From an uncultured Actinomycetota bacterium (GTDB lineage Bacteria > Actinomycetota > Actinomycetes > Propionibacteriales > Nocardioidaceae), in the NCBI GenBank assembly GCA_963762105.1, contig CAVXJG010000012.1, forward strand, positions 32,922 through 96,921: a stretch of DNA of 64,000 nucleotides, in the 5' to 3' direction. The position numbers and the translations under genes are program-made. Positions 33,379 to 43,699 of the stretch are shown here, one piece after another (positions within the stretch are counted from its first letter, which is position 1; the number at the start of each line of letters is the position of its first letter). Below the pieces are notes generated by a model that was not told where the DNA came from, searched no databases, and was given only the letters and a program-made list of their open reading frames with translations.

Positions 33379-34155
33379 TCACTTGGGCGGCATCCGGATG
33401 CCGCCGTCGACGCGGATCGTCTCGCCGTTCATGTAGGTGTTGGTCAGGCAGGCCAGCACCATGGCGGCCAGCTCGTCCGGCGTGCCGAGCCGCTTCGGGA
33501 AGAGCACTGAGGCGCCGAGCTGCTCCTTGAACGCCTCGGGCTCGGGCGCGAAGTCATAGATCGGGGTGTCGATCAGACCGGGCGCCACGGTGTTGAGGCG
33601 GATGCCGGACGCCGCCAGGTCGCGGGCCACGGGCAGCGTGAGGCCGACGAGCCCACCCTTCGACGCGGCGTACGCCGCCTGGCCGATCTGGCCGTCGAAC
33701 GCCGCCACCGACGACACGTTGACGATCGCGCCGCGCTCGCCTGCCTCGTCGGGCTCGTTGCGGCTCATCGCCGTGGCTGCGATCCGGATGGCGTCGAACG
33801 TGCCGACGAGATTGATGGCAACGACCCTCTTGAAGGCGTCGAGATCGTGCGCGGACTCGTACTCACCGTCGCGGCCGATCGTGCGTTGGGCCCACCCGAT
33901 GCCGGCGGAGTTGACCAGTGCCCGCAGCGGGCCGAACTCGAGGGCCTGGTCGACCGCCTGCTGGATCTGGGTGGTGTTCGTGACGTCGACGGCTACGAAC
34001 ATCCCGCCGATCTCGTCCGCGACCGCTTCGCCCTTCTCGGCGTTCAGGTCGGCGACAACCACCCGGGCGCCCTGGGCGGCGAGCTGACGGGCGCACGCGG
34101 CGCCGATGCCCGACGCGGCTCCGGTGACGACGGCAGAGGCTCCTTCGAAGTCCAT
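33379..34155 (-). CDS. SDR oxidoreductase (HSD10-like 3-hydroxyacyl-CoA dehydrogenase)
   Basis: TGAASGIG, DGQIGQAAYAASKGG, NGETIRVDG. Confidence 0.9.
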   Translation of the reverse strand: MDFEGASAVVTGAASGIGAACARQLAAQGARVVVADLNAEKGEAVADEIGGMFVAVDVTNTTQIQQAVDQALEFGPLRALVNSAGIGWAQRTIGRDGEYESAHDLDAFKRVVAINLVGTFDAIRIAATAMSRNEPDEAGERGAIVNVSSVAAFDGQIGQAAYAASKGGLVGLTLPVARDLAASGIRLNTVAPGLIDTPIYDFAPEPEAFKEQLGASVLFPKRLGTPDELAAMVLACLTNTYMNGETIRVDGGIRMPPK

Positions 34156-34175
34156 GGAGCGGAGCCTAGGACGCC

Positions 34176-35003
34176 TCAGAGGTTGGTTGTCCCTCGGGCC
34201 ACGACCACCGCCGGCCCGGTGAGATAGACGTGACCCTGCGGGCTCCAGGTCACGGCCAGCATGCCGCCGGGCACGTCGACGCGATACATCGCCTGCCGGC
34301 CTGTGACCGACGGATCGGCCCCGTCCCCGACAGCGGTCGCGACCATGACGGCGCCCGCGCCGGTGCCGCACGAGCGGGTCTCTCCTGAACCACGCTCGTG
34401 CACGCGCATGCCCACGTGCACGTCGCCGCGGCGGACGACCAGCTCGACGTTGACGCCATCCGGGTACGTCGCCACGTCGTGCTCCGGCGGCCGGCCCAGG
34501 TCGAGACCGGCCAGCGTCGCCTCGTCGTCGACGAACACCACCGCGTGCGGGTTCCCCATGTCGACGTGGGTGGCCGTCCAGGTCCGGTCCCCGACCGAGA
34601 CCTTGGTCTCACCGAGGACCCGAGCCACCCCGAGGTCGACCGTCACGTTCTCGCCGTCCACGTCGAGCAGCTTCGACCCGTTCCGCGTGCCGACCCAGAA
34701 CGGCGCCGCCGGGTCGACCAGGCCCTCCTCGACGAGGTACCGCGCAAACACCCTGATGCCGTTGCCGCACATCTCGGAGATCGACCCGTCGGCGTTGCGG
34801 TAGTCCATGAACCACCCGTCGCCCTCGCGCACCACCCGGAGCACGCCGTCGGCGCCGATGCCGGCGCGGCGGTCGCACAGAGCGCGCACCCGGCCAGCCA
34901 TCTCGGCGTCGCTCAGGTCACCGTGGACGGTCCCGTCGTGGTCGGGCAGCAGCACGAAGTCGTTCTCCGTGCCGTGACCCTTCAGGAACGGGTAGCCAGC
35001 CAC
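34176..35003 (-). CDS. dapF: Diaminopimelate epimerase
   Basis: KGHGTENDF, EMCGNG, MGNPH, ERGSGETRSCGTG. Confidence 0.96.
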   Translation of the reverse strand: MAGYPFLKGHGTENDFVLLPDHDGTVHGDLSDAEMAGRVRALCDRRAGIGADGVLRVVREGDGWFMDYRNADGSISEMCGNGIRVFARYLVEEGLVDPAAPFWVGTRNGSKLLDVDGENVTVDLGVARVLGETKVSVGDRTWTATHVDMGNPHAVVFVDDEATLAGLDLGRPPEHDVATYPDGVNVELVVRRGDVHVGMRVHERGSGETRSCGTGAGAVMVATAVGDGADPSVTGRQAMYRVDVPGGMLAVTWSPQGHVYLTGPAVVVARGTTNL

Positions 35004-35032
35004 GGGTTCATCGTCCCACGTGCGACCTGTGG

Positions 35033-35548
35033 TCAGCGCTTGACCGAGTAGCGGCCGCAGAGGAAGTCGCGGTTGCGGGCCACCTCCTCGACCACCAGGT
35101 CGAGCCGCCGCGGCAGCAGCGGCGCGCCGCCGCCGAGCGTGACCGGCGCGTACTGCACCCAGACCTGGTCGAGCAGCCCCGCATCGGCGAACTGACCCAC
35201 CAGGTCGCCGCCACCGGCCACCCAGATGTCCTTCCCCTCGGCGGCCTCGGTCATCTCGGCGTGCACCGCACGGACGTCGGCCTTGGTCAGCCTGATGTCC
35301 GGCGAGACGAGCGGCAGGTCACGGTGGGTGAAGACCCAGGTGGGCAGGGTGTAGACCCACTTCTCGTGGGCCAGGACCCACTCGTAGGTCGTCGCCCCCA
35401 TGCACATCGCGCCGATGTCGGCGAAGAAGGAGTCGTAGGACATCGGCCCCTTCTGGTCGATGTCTTGGACGAAGAGCCACTCGAGCCCGTTGTCGGGGTC
35501 GGCGATGAAGCCGTCGAGGCTCGAGGCGGTGTAGTAGTGCGTCGCCAT
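35033..35548 (-). CDS. Dihydrofolate reductase/RibD C-terminal family protein
   Basis: ASSLDGFIA, MGATTY, DIWVAGGG, PVTLGGG. Confidence 0.88.
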   Translation of the reverse strand: MATHYYTASSLDGFIADPDNGLEWLFVQDIDQKGPMSYDSFFADIGAMCMGATTYEWVLAHEKWVYTLPTWVFTHRDLPLVSPDIRLTKADVRAVHAEMTEAAEGKDIWVAGGGDLVGQFADAGLLDQVWVQYAPVTLGGGAPLLPRRLDLVVEEVARNRDFLCGRYSVKR

Positions 35549-35560
35549 CGCCCCAGGCTG

Positions 35561-36478
35561 TCACGCACCGCCGACGGCCGCGACCGCCCTCTCTACGCGG
35601 TCGGGGTCGTCGTACCCGACCCAGACGATGCGGGGGTCCTTGTGGAACCAGGAGTCCTGCTTGCGGGCGAACCGCCGGGTCGCGGTCGCGGTCCGCTCCC
35701 GGGCCTGGTCGAGCGTGAGCTCCCCGGCGAGGTACGCCGCTACCTCGCGGTAGCCGATGGCCTGGCCGGCGGTCCGTCCCTCGCGCAGTCCCGCGCCGAG
35801 CAGCCGCTCGACCTCCGCCACGAAGCCGGCATCGAACATCGCGTCGACCCGCTGCGCGATCCGCTCGTCGAGGGTGGGTCGGTCGATGGCGACGCCGATC
35901 TGGATCGAGTGCGGGTCGGCGTACTCCAGGCGCGGCAGGCTGGCGGTGAACGGGCGGCCGGTGATCTCGACGACCTCGAGGGCGCGGACGATCCGCCGGC
36001 CGTTGTCGACCAGGATCCGGGCGGCGGCCTCGGGATCGACCTCCGCCAGCCGCGCGTGCAGCGCGGCCGCGCCGACGTCGTCGAGCTCCGCTTCGAGGCG
36101 CCGGCGGACGGCCTCGTCGGTGCCGGGGAACTCGAACCTGTCCAGGACGGCCCGGGTGTAGAGCGCCGAGCCGCCGACGAGAACGGGCGCCCGCGAGCGC
36201 GCCCGCACCTCCTCGATCGTCGCCCTTGCCCAGCCCTGGAACTGCGCGACTGTCAACGGCTCGTCGACATCGAGGTAGTCCAGCAGGTGGTGCGGGATGC
36301 CGCCGCGTTCGGCCACCGGGGTCTTGGCCGTGCCGATGTCCATGCCGCGATAGACCGCCATCGCATCGGTGTTGACGATCTCGCCGCGCAGCCGGCGGGC
36401 CAAGGCCAGCGCCAGGTCGCTCTTGCCCGAGGCGGTCGCGCCGACCACCGCGACGATCGGCTGAGGCTCGCTCGGCAC
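35561..36478 (-). CDS. miaA: tRNA dimethylallyltransferase
   Basis: GATASGKS, YRGMDIGTAK, PHHLLD, VGGSALY, RKQDSWF. Confidence 0.96.
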   Translation of the reverse strand: MPSEPQPIVAVVGATASGKSDLALALARRLRGEIVNTDAMAVYRGMDIGTAKTPVAERGGIPHHLLDYLDVDEPLTVAQFQGWARATIEEVRARSRAPVLVGGSALYTRAVLDRFEFPGTDEAVRRRLEAELDDVGAAALHARLAEVDPEAAARILVDNGRRIVRALEVVEITGRPFTASLPRLEYADPHSIQIGVAIDRPTLDERIAQRVDAMFDAGFVAEVERLLGAGLREGRTAGQAIGYREVAAYLAGELTLDQARERTATATRRFARKQDSWFHKDPRIVWVGYDDPDRVERAVAAVGGA

Positions 36479-36598
36479 CGCCGCAGTCTGTCACCACGGC
36501 GAAGGACAGCCCGGTTCACCCTCCCGGGCGGTTGCTGTGCGCCGGGGCGGGTGGTGAGGTGGACAAGGGGGGAGATCCCCCGCAGGGAGGGAGACCTG

Positions 36599-36763
36599 AT
36601 GACCACCGAGCCAGTGCCGCCACCGGGGGACCCGATGCCAGGAGCGCCCGACCCGGACCCGGCGCCCGTGCCGACCGACCCGATCCCGTCGGAGCCGGGC
36701 GGGCCGGGCTCGGACCCGGACGTCGTGCCGTCCGGAGAGCCGGAGCCGGAGGTACGCCCATGA
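36599..36763 (+). CDS. Small Pro/acidic-rich hypothetical protein
   Basis: RBS gggagggag; MTTEPVPPPGDP...; ATGA overlap with the next ORF. Confidence 0.5.
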   Translation: MTTEPVPPPGDPMPGAPDPDPAPVPTDPIPSEPGGPGSDPDVVPSGEPEPEVRP

Positions 36764-37012
36764 ACGACATTCCCGGGCCGATGCCGACGCCGAGCACCGA
36801 GGAGCCGGAGCTGTTCCCGGGGGGCGCTGACGCCATCGCGGATCACCGCTACGGCGCGACCCCCGAGCCGCCCATCGGTGCCGACATGCCGGCCGGCAAG
36901 AACCCCGCCGCCAGCGACGCCCCCGACGAGGTCGCCGAACCCGACGACAAGCAGCAGGAGCCCGACTCAGGACTCGGGAGACGCCGACGCCGAGGTGGAG
37001 CCGCCCGCCTAG
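36760..37012 (+). CDS. Small acidic hypothetical protein, probable frameshift near 36970
   Basis: MNDIPGPMP...DDKQQEPD, continuing as DSGDADAEVEPPA* in another frame. Confidence 0.5.
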
Positions 37013-37090
37013 GACGTGGCTACGCTGGCCGGCGTGGTGACCATCGGGGTCACCCGACGAGAGGACGCAGCATGGGTTTCCTCGAGACGC

Positions 37091-37261
37091 ATGGACAAGG
37101 GCAAGGATCTGCTGAGCGAGCATGACGACAAGGTCGACGACGCGATCGAGAAGGCGGGCGACGTGGTCGACGACAAGACCGGCGGCAAGTACGACGGGCA
37201 GGTGGACCAGGCCCAGGACTTCCTCCAGGAGAAGACGGGCGAGGGCGACACCAACCCGTGA
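37091..37261 (+). CDS. Rv0909/MT0933-like small protein (annotated as antitoxin); true start probably 37072 with an indel
   Basis: DKVDDAIEKAGDVVDDKTGGKYDGQVD; MGFL start with RBS at 37072 is out of frame. Confidence 0.75.
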   Translation: MDKGKDLLSEHDDKVDDAIEKAGDVVDDKTGGKYDGQVDQAQDFLQEKTGEGDTNP

Positions 37262-37755
37262 CCGGTCCGCACCCTGACCATCAGGCGGCGGGCACCATCG
37301 ACAGGTTCGTCGTGGTGCCCGCCTCCTACGTCTTCCTCCTGCGCCCGGGCGCGGACGGTGACGAGGTGCTGCTGCAGCTGCGGCAGCACACCGGCTACAT
37401 GGACGACCACTGGGCCGCCGCCGCGGCCGGCCACGTCGAGAAGGGCGAGACGGCGTACGACGCCGCGCGCCGCGAAGCCGTCGAGGAGATCGGCGTCGGC
37501 GACCTGGTGCTGGAGTTCGTCACCGGCATGCACCGCACGCGTGGCGGCGAGCCGATCGACGAGCGGATCGACTGGTTCTTCACCTGCCGCTCGTGGTCGG
37601 GCACGCCACGGATCGTCGAGCCGGCCAAGTGTGCGGCGCTGGAGTGGTACCCGCTCACCGCCCTGCCCGACCCCGTGGTCCCTCACGAGCTGAAGGTGTT
37701 GCGCGGGCTCGCGGGCGACGGCATCGCCCCCTACTCGACCTTCGGGTTTGACTGA
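37258..37755 (+). CDS. NUDIX hydrolase
   Basis: GHVEKGETAYDAARREAVEEIG Nudix box. Confidence 0.9.
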   Translation: MTGPHPDHQAAGTIDRFVVVPASYVFLLRPGADGDEVLLQLRQHTGYMDDHWAAAAAGHVEKGETAYDAARREAVEEIGVGDLVLEFVTGMHRTRGGEPIDERIDWFFTCRSWSGTPRIVEPAKCAALEWYPLTALPDPVVPHELKVLRGLAGDGIAPYSTFGFD

Positions 37756-37765
37756 TGCCGTCGCA

Positions 37766-37797
37766 GGTTGAGGTCGCGCAGCGACCGTCTCGAAACC
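37766..37797 (-). repeat. Truncated REP-like repeat
   Basis: ggttgaggtcgcgcagcgaccgtctcgaaacc. Confidence 0.7.
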
Positions 37798-37819
37798 GCG
37801 TCAACGGGTACCGGTCCGC

Positions 37820-38098
37820 ATGAGCGAAGCCGACCCGCAGGACCTCCGTGAATCAACCCCCGGCTCGTCCGGCCCCACCCGGGCCGAGGGCGGGATGGGA
37901 GTCAGCAGCGAACGCACCGGCCCCACCGGCCCCGGCCAGCACACCACCGACGGCGTCCGTGACACCTCACTCGCCGACCTCGACGCCGAGGACGCCGACG
38001 ACGTGCCACCCGAGCAGCGCCCGGGAGCCGTCGAGGAGAACCCCGAGGGCCTGGAGCCCAAGGCCGGCTACCCGTCCAAGGACCCCCGCAGCGACTGA
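37820..38098 (+). CDS. Small acidic hypothetical protein
   Basis: High-GC3 92-aa ORF bounded by repeats. Confidence 0.65.
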   Translation: MSEADPQDLRESTPGSSGPTRAEGGMGVSSERTGPTGPGQHTTDGVRDTSLADLDAEDADDVPPEQRPGAVEENPEGLEPKAGYPSKDPRSD

Positions 38099-38192
38099 GG
38101 TCTCGACACGGGCTCGCTGGCGCTCGCCCGGCTCGACCACCAATCCCTCGTTCGCTGGTCGAGCCGCGAGCGCTAGCGAGCGTGTCGAGACC
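38099..38192. repeat. Inverted pair of REP-like repeats between convergent genes
   Basis: ggtctcgacacggg...ctcgaccacc / cgctggtcgagcc...gtgtcgagacc. Confidence 0.88.
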
Positions 38193-39738
38193 TAGCTGAC
38201 AGGCGCGCCGACTGCTGGCATGCCCAGTCCGACGACCGGAGCGGCGGGCGCGGCGGTGCGCGCCTCCCAGGCGTCACCGGAGCGTGTACGCCGCACCGCC
38301 AGCACGCCGCCGTCGGCGACCAGGTGGTGCGGGGCGGCGCGGGTGATCTCGACCGTGACCATGTCGCCAGGGCGGATCCCCCCGCTGGTTGAGGAAGGCG
38401 CGCTAGCGCCTGTCTCGAAACCATGGGGGTCGAAGTGCACCAGGCGGTTGTCGGGGCCGCGGCCGGAGAGGCGGTGGGTGGCGGTGTCCTTGCGCCCCTC
38501 GCCCTCCGAGACGAGCAGCTCGACGGTGTTGCCGACCAGCCGCTTGTTCTCGGCCCACGCGACGTCGTTGACGAGCTCGGCCAGCCGCTCGTAGCGGTCG
38601 CGCACGACATCGGCCGGCACCTGGTCGGGGAGCGTCGCGGCCGGCGTACCGGGGCGCTTGGAGTACTGGAACGTGTAGGCACCGGAGAAGCGAGCGGCCT
38701 CGACGACCTCGAGGGTCTGCGCGAAGTCCTCCTCGGTCTCGCCGGGGAAGCCGACGATGATGTCGGTGGTGATCGCGGCGTGGGGCATGGCCGCCCGCAC
38801 GCGCTCGATGATCCCGAGGTACTTCTCGCGGCGGTAGGAGCGGCGCATCGCCTTGAGGACCCGGTCGGAGCCCGACTGCAGCGGCATGTGCAGCTGGGGC
38901 ATGACGTTGGGTGTCTCGGCCATCGCCGCGATGACGTCGTCGGTGAACTCGGCGGGGTGGGGCGAGGTGAACCGCACCCGCTCCAGCCCCTCGACCTCCC
39001 CGCACGCCCGCAGCAGCTGGGAGAACGCCTGCCGCTCGACCGAACTCCACGCCGTAGGCGTTGACGTTCTGGCCGAGCAGGGTCACCTCGCTGACACCCT
39101 CGGCGACCAGCGCGCGGACCTCGGCGAGGATGTCGCCGGGCCGGCGGTCCTTCTCCTTGCCGCGCAGCGCCGGGACGATGCAGAACGTGCAGGTGTTGTT
39201 GCAGCCGACGGAGATCGAGACCCAGGCGGCGTACGCCGACTCGCGCTTGGTCGGCAGCGTCGACGGGAAGACCTCGAGCGACTCCAGGATCTCGACCTGG
39301 GCCTCCTCGTTGACCCGCGCCCGCTCCAGCAGGGCCGGCAGCGAGCCGATGTTGTGGGTGCCGAAGACGACGTCGACCCAAGGCGCCTTCTTGACGATGG
39401 TCGAGCGGTCCTTCTGCGCCAGGCAGCCGCCGACGGCGATCTGCATCCCGGGATGGGCGGCCTTCACCGGCGCGAGGTGGCCGAGGTTGCCGTAGAGCTT
39501 GTTGTCGGCGTTCTCCCGCACCGCGCAGGTGTTGAACACGACCACGTCGGGACGTGCTGTCGCCGGGCGCGGCGACGTACCCCGCCTCCTCGAGCAGTCC
39601 GGTGAGCCGCTCGGAGTCGTGGACGTTCATCTGGCACCCGTAGGTGCGGACCTCGTAGGTGCGGCCGCTCGCTGGTTGAGGAGGGCGCGCAGCGCCCGTC
39701 TCGAAACCAGGAGCGGCGAGATCGGTGGGTGCAGTCAT
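38192..39738 (-). CDS. miaB: tRNA-2-methylthio-N6-dimethylallyladenosine synthase, frameshifts near 39555 and 39035
   Basis: [27 protein letters not shown] radical SAM motif, [20 protein letters not shown] domain. Confidence 0.93.
38383..38422 (-). repeat. REP-like repeat in frame in the miaB TRAM region
   Basis: cgctggttgaggaaggcgcgctagcgcctgtctcgaaacc. Confidence 0.85.
39670..39708 (-). repeat. REP-like repeat in the miaB N-terminus
   Basis: cgctggttgaggagggcgcgcagcgcccgtctcgaaacc. Confidence 0.85.
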
Positions 39739-39786
39739 GACGGGCTTCAGGGTACGGCGCGGGGCCGCGCCGAGCCCAAGTCGCGG

Positions 39787-40146
39787 CTACGACTGCTCGG
39801 CGACCTGGCGGCGTACGTCGTCCATGTCGAGGGCGCGGACGGCCTCGATGACCTGGTCGAGCGCGGACGCAGGCAGCGCGCCCGGCTGGCGGAAGATCAT
39901 GATCCCGTCCCGGAAGACCATCAGCGTGGGGATCGAGCTGATTTCCAGGCCACCGGACAGGTCCCGCTCCTCCTCGGTGTTGATGCTGCCGAAGACGATG
40001 TCGGGGTTGGCCTCGGACGCCGCTTCGTAGATCGGCGCAAACATCCGGCAGGGGCCGCACCACGACGCCCAGAAGTCGAGCAGCACGATGCCGTCCTGCT
40101 CGATGGTGGTGGCGAAGTTCTCGGCACCGACGGTCACGGTCGACAT
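39787..40146 (-). CDS. Thioredoxin
   Basis: DFWASWCGPC, SIPTLM. Confidence 0.93.
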   Translation of the reverse strand: MSTVTVGAENFATTIEQDGIVLLDFWASWCGPCRMFAPIYEAASEANPDIVFGSINTEEERDLSGGLEISSIPTLMVFRDGIMIFRQPGALPASALDQVIEAVRALDMDDVRRQVAEQS

Positions 40147-40271
40147 GGATGGCCCTTTCCTGGGGTGGTCGTTCACATCCTCTAACGATCCGGTGCCCCC
40201 AGTGCTTCCCCGAGTGCTTCGCCTGGGGCTTCCCGTGGCCGGATCGGGCCATGTCCCGCTAGGGTCTGGAA

Positions 40272-41072
40272 ATGACCGTCTCGGACACGGCCACATCAGA
40301 CACCCCGCGGCGACGGGGCTCGGACGACGCGCTCGTCGTCCTCGACAAGGTCGAGAAGCACTTCGGCGAGCTGCACGTGCTGCGCGACATCAACGTGCAG
40401 ATCAAGCGGGGCGAGGTCGTTGTCGTGATCGGCCCGTCGGGCTCGGGCAAGTCCACGCTGTGCCGGGCAATCAACCGGCTCGAGACCATCGACAGCGGCA
40501 CGATCAGCCTGGATGGCAAGCCGCTGCCGGCCGAGGGCAAGGAGCTCGCCGCGCTGCGCGCCGAGGTCGGGATGGTCTTCCAGAGCTTCAACCTCTTCGC
40601 CCACAAGACCATCCTCGAAAACGTCACGCTCGGGCCGATCAAGGTCCGCAAGATGCCCAAGTCCGAGGCTGACAAGCTGGCCACGAGGCTTCTCGAGCGG
40701 GTCGGTGTGCAGCAGCAGGCCGGCAAGTACCCCGCCCAGCTCTCCGGCGGCCAGCAGCAGCGCGTAGCGATCGCCCGAGCGCTGGCGATGGAGCCCCAGC
40801 TGATGCTCTTCGACGAGCCCACGTCGGCGCTGGACCCCGAGATGATCAAGGAGGTCCTCGACGTGATGGTCGACCTGGCCAAGCCGGCCCAGGGCGACCC
40901 GATGACGATGATCGTGGTGACCCACGAGATGGGCTTCGCCCGCACGGCAGCCGACCGCGTGCTCTTCATGGCCGACGGCCAGATCGTGGAGGAGAACACC
41001 CCGGAGGAGTTCTTCACCAACCCGAGGTCCGACCGGGCCAAGGACTTCCTCAGCAAGATCCTCAAGCACTGA
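40272..41072 (+). CDS. gluA: Glutamate ABC transporter ATP-binding protein
   Basis: [26 protein letters not shown]; context next to miaB. Confidence 0.85.
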   Translation: MTVSDTATSDTPRRRGSDDALVVLDKVEKHFGELHVLRDINVQIKRGEVVVVIGPSGSGKSTLCRAINRLETIDSGTISLDGKPLPAEGKELAALRAEVGMVFQSFNLFAHKTILENVTLGPIKVRKMPKSEADKLATRLLERVGVQQQAGKYPAQLSGGQQQRVAIARALAMEPQLMLFDEPTSALDPEMIKEVLDVMVDLAKPAQGDPMTMIVVTHEMGFARTAADRVLFMADGQIVEENTPEEFFTNPRSDRAKDFLSKILKH

Positions 41073-41130
41073 CGCGCGACAACTTCACACCTATCGGGGA
41101 GCCGAACACGGCTCGGGAAAAGGAGAAGCA

Positions 41131-42024
41131 ATGCGGATCATGCAGCAACTCAAGGTCGCGGCGGCTGCCTCGGCACTGGCGCTCTCGATGGCCGCCTGCG
41201 GCGACGCGGGCGACGACAGCTCCGCGGGGGTCGAGGTCGACGTCGCCGAGAACGCCGCCGACGAGTTCGACGACGGCACCCGCATGAAGGAGCTCGCCGA
41301 CTCCGGCGATGTCATCATCGGCGTGAAGTTCGACCAGCCAGGCATCGGCTTCAAGGGCGCCACCGACGACATGCCGGTCGGCTTCGACCCCGAGCTGGGC
41401 AAGGTGCTCGCGGCCTCGCTGGGCATTGCCCCCGAGGACATCACGTGGACGGAGACGATCTCCGACAACCGGGAGCCATTCATCCAGTCGGGTGAGGTCG
41501 ACCTGGTGCTGGCGTCGTACTCGATCACGGACGAGCGCCGTGCGGTCGTCGGCCAGGCCGGCCCGTACTACATCACCGGCCAGCAGCTGCTCGTGAAGTC
41601 CGACAGCGACATCGACAGCCTCGAAGACGTCAAGGGCACCGAAGTCTGTTCGGTGACCGGCTCGACGTCCCTGGAGAACATCGAGGCCGAGGGCGCCACG
41701 CCGCGCGGCTTCGACACCTACTCCGAGTGCGTCGACCAGGTGCTCAGCGGCGCCGTCGACGCGATGACGACCGACGGCGCGATCCTGCTCGGCTACGCCG
41801 CCGAGCATCCCGACGAGCTCAAGGTCGTCGTGGAGCCCTTCTCGGAGGAGCGGTACGGCGTGGGCTACTCGCTCGACCACCCGGAGATGTGCCAGTGGAT
41901 CGTCGACACGATCACCGCGGCGCAGGAGGACGGCACCTGGGAGGACGCGTTCGCGGCCACCCTGGGCGCCTCGGGTGTCGAAACGCCGGAGGCGCCGCCG
42001 ATGGACGAGTGCCCGGCAGCCTGA
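41131..42024 (+). CDS. gluB: Glutamate ABC substrate-binding lipoprotein
   Basis: Lipobox MAAC; GVKFDQPG, SYSITDER. Confidence 0.85.
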   Translation: MRIMQQLKVAAAASALALSMAACGDAGDDSSAGVEVDVAENAADEFDDGTRMKELADSGDVIIGVKFDQPGIGFKGATDDMPVGFDPELGKVLAASLGIAPEDITWTETISDNREPFIQSGEVDLVLASYSITDERRAVVGQAGPYYITGQQLLVKSDSDIDSLEDVKGTEVCSVTGSTSLENIEAEGATPRGFDTYSECVDQVLSGAVDAMTTDGAILLGYAAEHPDELKVVVEPFSEERYGVGYSLDHPEMCQWIVDTITAAQEDGTWEDAFAATLGASGVETPEAPPMDECPAA

Positions 42025-42106
42025 CCGTCCACATCGCTCCGTAAGGGTCGGCCCCGCCCCCACCGGGCGGGGCCGACACCCGCCACCGAAGGAGGACCCA
42101 CCTGCC

Positions 42107-42778
42107 GTGGAGCTGGTGTTCTCGAACTTCGACCTCTACCTGAGCGCGTTCCGGCTCACCATCGGGCTCTTCCTGGTGTCGGGTGCGGTGTCGCTCGTGC
42201 TCGGGACGCTGCTGGCGGCGATGCGGGTCGGACCGGTGGCGTTCCTGTCGAAAGCCGCGACGATCTACATCACCGTGGTCCGCAACACCCCGCTGCTGAT
42301 CATCTTCGTCTTCGTCATCATCGGCCTGCCGAAGCTAGGGATCCTGTTCCGCTCGGTGGAGGAGATCGGGGTCAGCTCGTTCTTCTTCCGCGCCTGCCTC
42401 GCGCTGTCCCTGTACACCTGCACGTTCGTCGCGGAGGCGATCCGCTCCGGCATCAACGCGGTCCCGCTGGGACAGGCCGAGGCCGCGCGGGCCATCGGGC
42501 TCACGTTCGGCGGCACGATGACGCAGGTGGTGCTGCCGCAGGCGTTCCGGGCCACGGTGCCGCCGCTGGCCAGCGTCTTGATCGCGCTGCTGAAGAACAC
42601 CTCCGTGGCCTATGCGTTCGGGATCCTGGAGGCCACCGCCCGGATGAAGTACTTCACCAACATCAGCGGCAACGACCTGCCGATCTTCCTGCTGTTCGCC
42701 GCCGGGTACGTCCTCCTCGTCGAGATCGTCTCCTTCGGTGCGAACCGCCTCGAGCGTCGTTGGAGCGTGGCGCGATGA
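42107..42778 (+). CDS. gluC: Glutamate ABC permease
   Basis: RNTPLL, GQAEAARAIG, LLKNTS. Confidence 0.85.
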   Translation: MELVFSNFDLYLSAFRLTIGLFLVSGAVSLVLGTLLAAMRVGPVAFLSKAATIYITVVRNTPLLIIFVFVIIGLPKLGILFRSVEEIGVSSFFFRACLALSLYTCTFVAEAIRSGINAVPLGQAEAARAIGLTFGGTMTQVVLPQAFRATVPPLASVLIALLKNTSVAYAFGILEATARMKYFTNISGNDLPIFLLFAAGYVLLVEIVSFGANRLERRWSVAR

Positions 42779-43650
42779 GCCAGACCAGCGTCCTCTTCGA
42801 CGTGGCCGGCCCGCGCACCCGGGCGCGCCACCGCATCTACACCATCGTGTCGCTCGTGCTGCTCGCCGGCCTGGCGGCACTCTTGGTCCTGCGGATGGCC
42901 GACCGCGGCCAGTTCGAGTACGGGCTGTGGGAGCCGTTCGTCACGCCCGACTACATCCGGGCCTTGCTCGTCGACGGCCTGGTGAAGACCCTGCAGATGG
43001 CGTTCTTCTCGGTGATCCTCGCGGTCGTGTTCGGCACGATCTTCGGAGTTGGCAAGCTGTCTGATCACGCCAGCCTGCGCTGGCTGTGCTGGGCGGTCGT
43101 GGAGTTCTTCCGCGCCGTGCCGGTGCTGATGCTGATGATCTTCCTCTACTTCGGGTACGGCGCCGGCCCAGGCGGTCTGGACGCTTTCTGGTGCGTGGTG
43201 ATCGCGCTGACCCTCTACAACGGCTCGGTGCTGGCGGAGGTCTTCCGGGCCGGCATCCTCGCGGTGCCGCGCGGCCAGTCCGAGGCGGCGTACGCGATCG
43301 GCATGCGCAAGACCCAGGTGATGACGCAGATCCTGCTGCCGCAGGCCGTCAAGATCATGCTGCCGGCGATCATCAGCCAGTGCGTGGTGGCACTGAAGGA
43401 CACCAGCCTCGGCTACGCGATCACCGCACCCGGTCTCACGTTCGTGGGCAAGCAGATCTACGGCGACTTCGGGAACCAGCTGCAGACCGTGATGGTGATC
43501 GCCGCGATGTACGTGACCGTCAACCTGATCCTTACCTGGATCGCCACCTGGGTGCAGAGGAAGTTCGTCGGCGAGAAGAAGATCCTCGAGGTGTCGATGG
43601 TGGCCAAGGCCGGCGTCGACAGCGGTCTCGCGCCAGGCGGCGGCGTCTGA
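42775..43650 (+). CDS. gluD: Glutamate ABC permease
   Basis: EFFRAVPVL, GQSEAAYAIG, ALKDTS. Confidence 0.85.
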   Translation: MSQTSVLFDVAGPRTRARHRIYTIVSLVLLAGLAALLVLRMADRGQFEYGLWEPFVTPDYIRALLVDGLVKTLQMAFFSVILAVVFGTIFGVGKLSDHASLRWLCWAVVEFFRAVPVLMLMIFLYFGYGAGPGGLDAFWCVVIALTLYNGSVLAEVFRAGILAVPRGQSEAAYAIGMRKTQVMTQILLPQAVKIMLPAIISQCVVALKDTSLGYAITAPGLTFVGKQIYGDFGNQLQTVMVIAAMYVTVNLILTWIATWVQRKFVGEKKILEVSMVAKAGVDSGLAPGGGV

Positions 43651-43654
43651 GCGT

Positions 43655-43699
43655 GGTTTCGAGGCTCGGCCGTGGGCCGGCCTCGCACCTCAACCACCG
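43655..43699 (+). repeat. REP-like repeat supplying the stop codon of the S9 peptidase
   Basis: ggtttcgaggctcggcc...cctcgcacctcaaccaccg. Confidence 0.85.

Noticed and set aside
38192-39738. Programmed frameshifting or true pseudogenisation of miaB, rsmI and ggt
   Set aside because: No slippery-site signal, and scattered indels across many genes point to sequence error.
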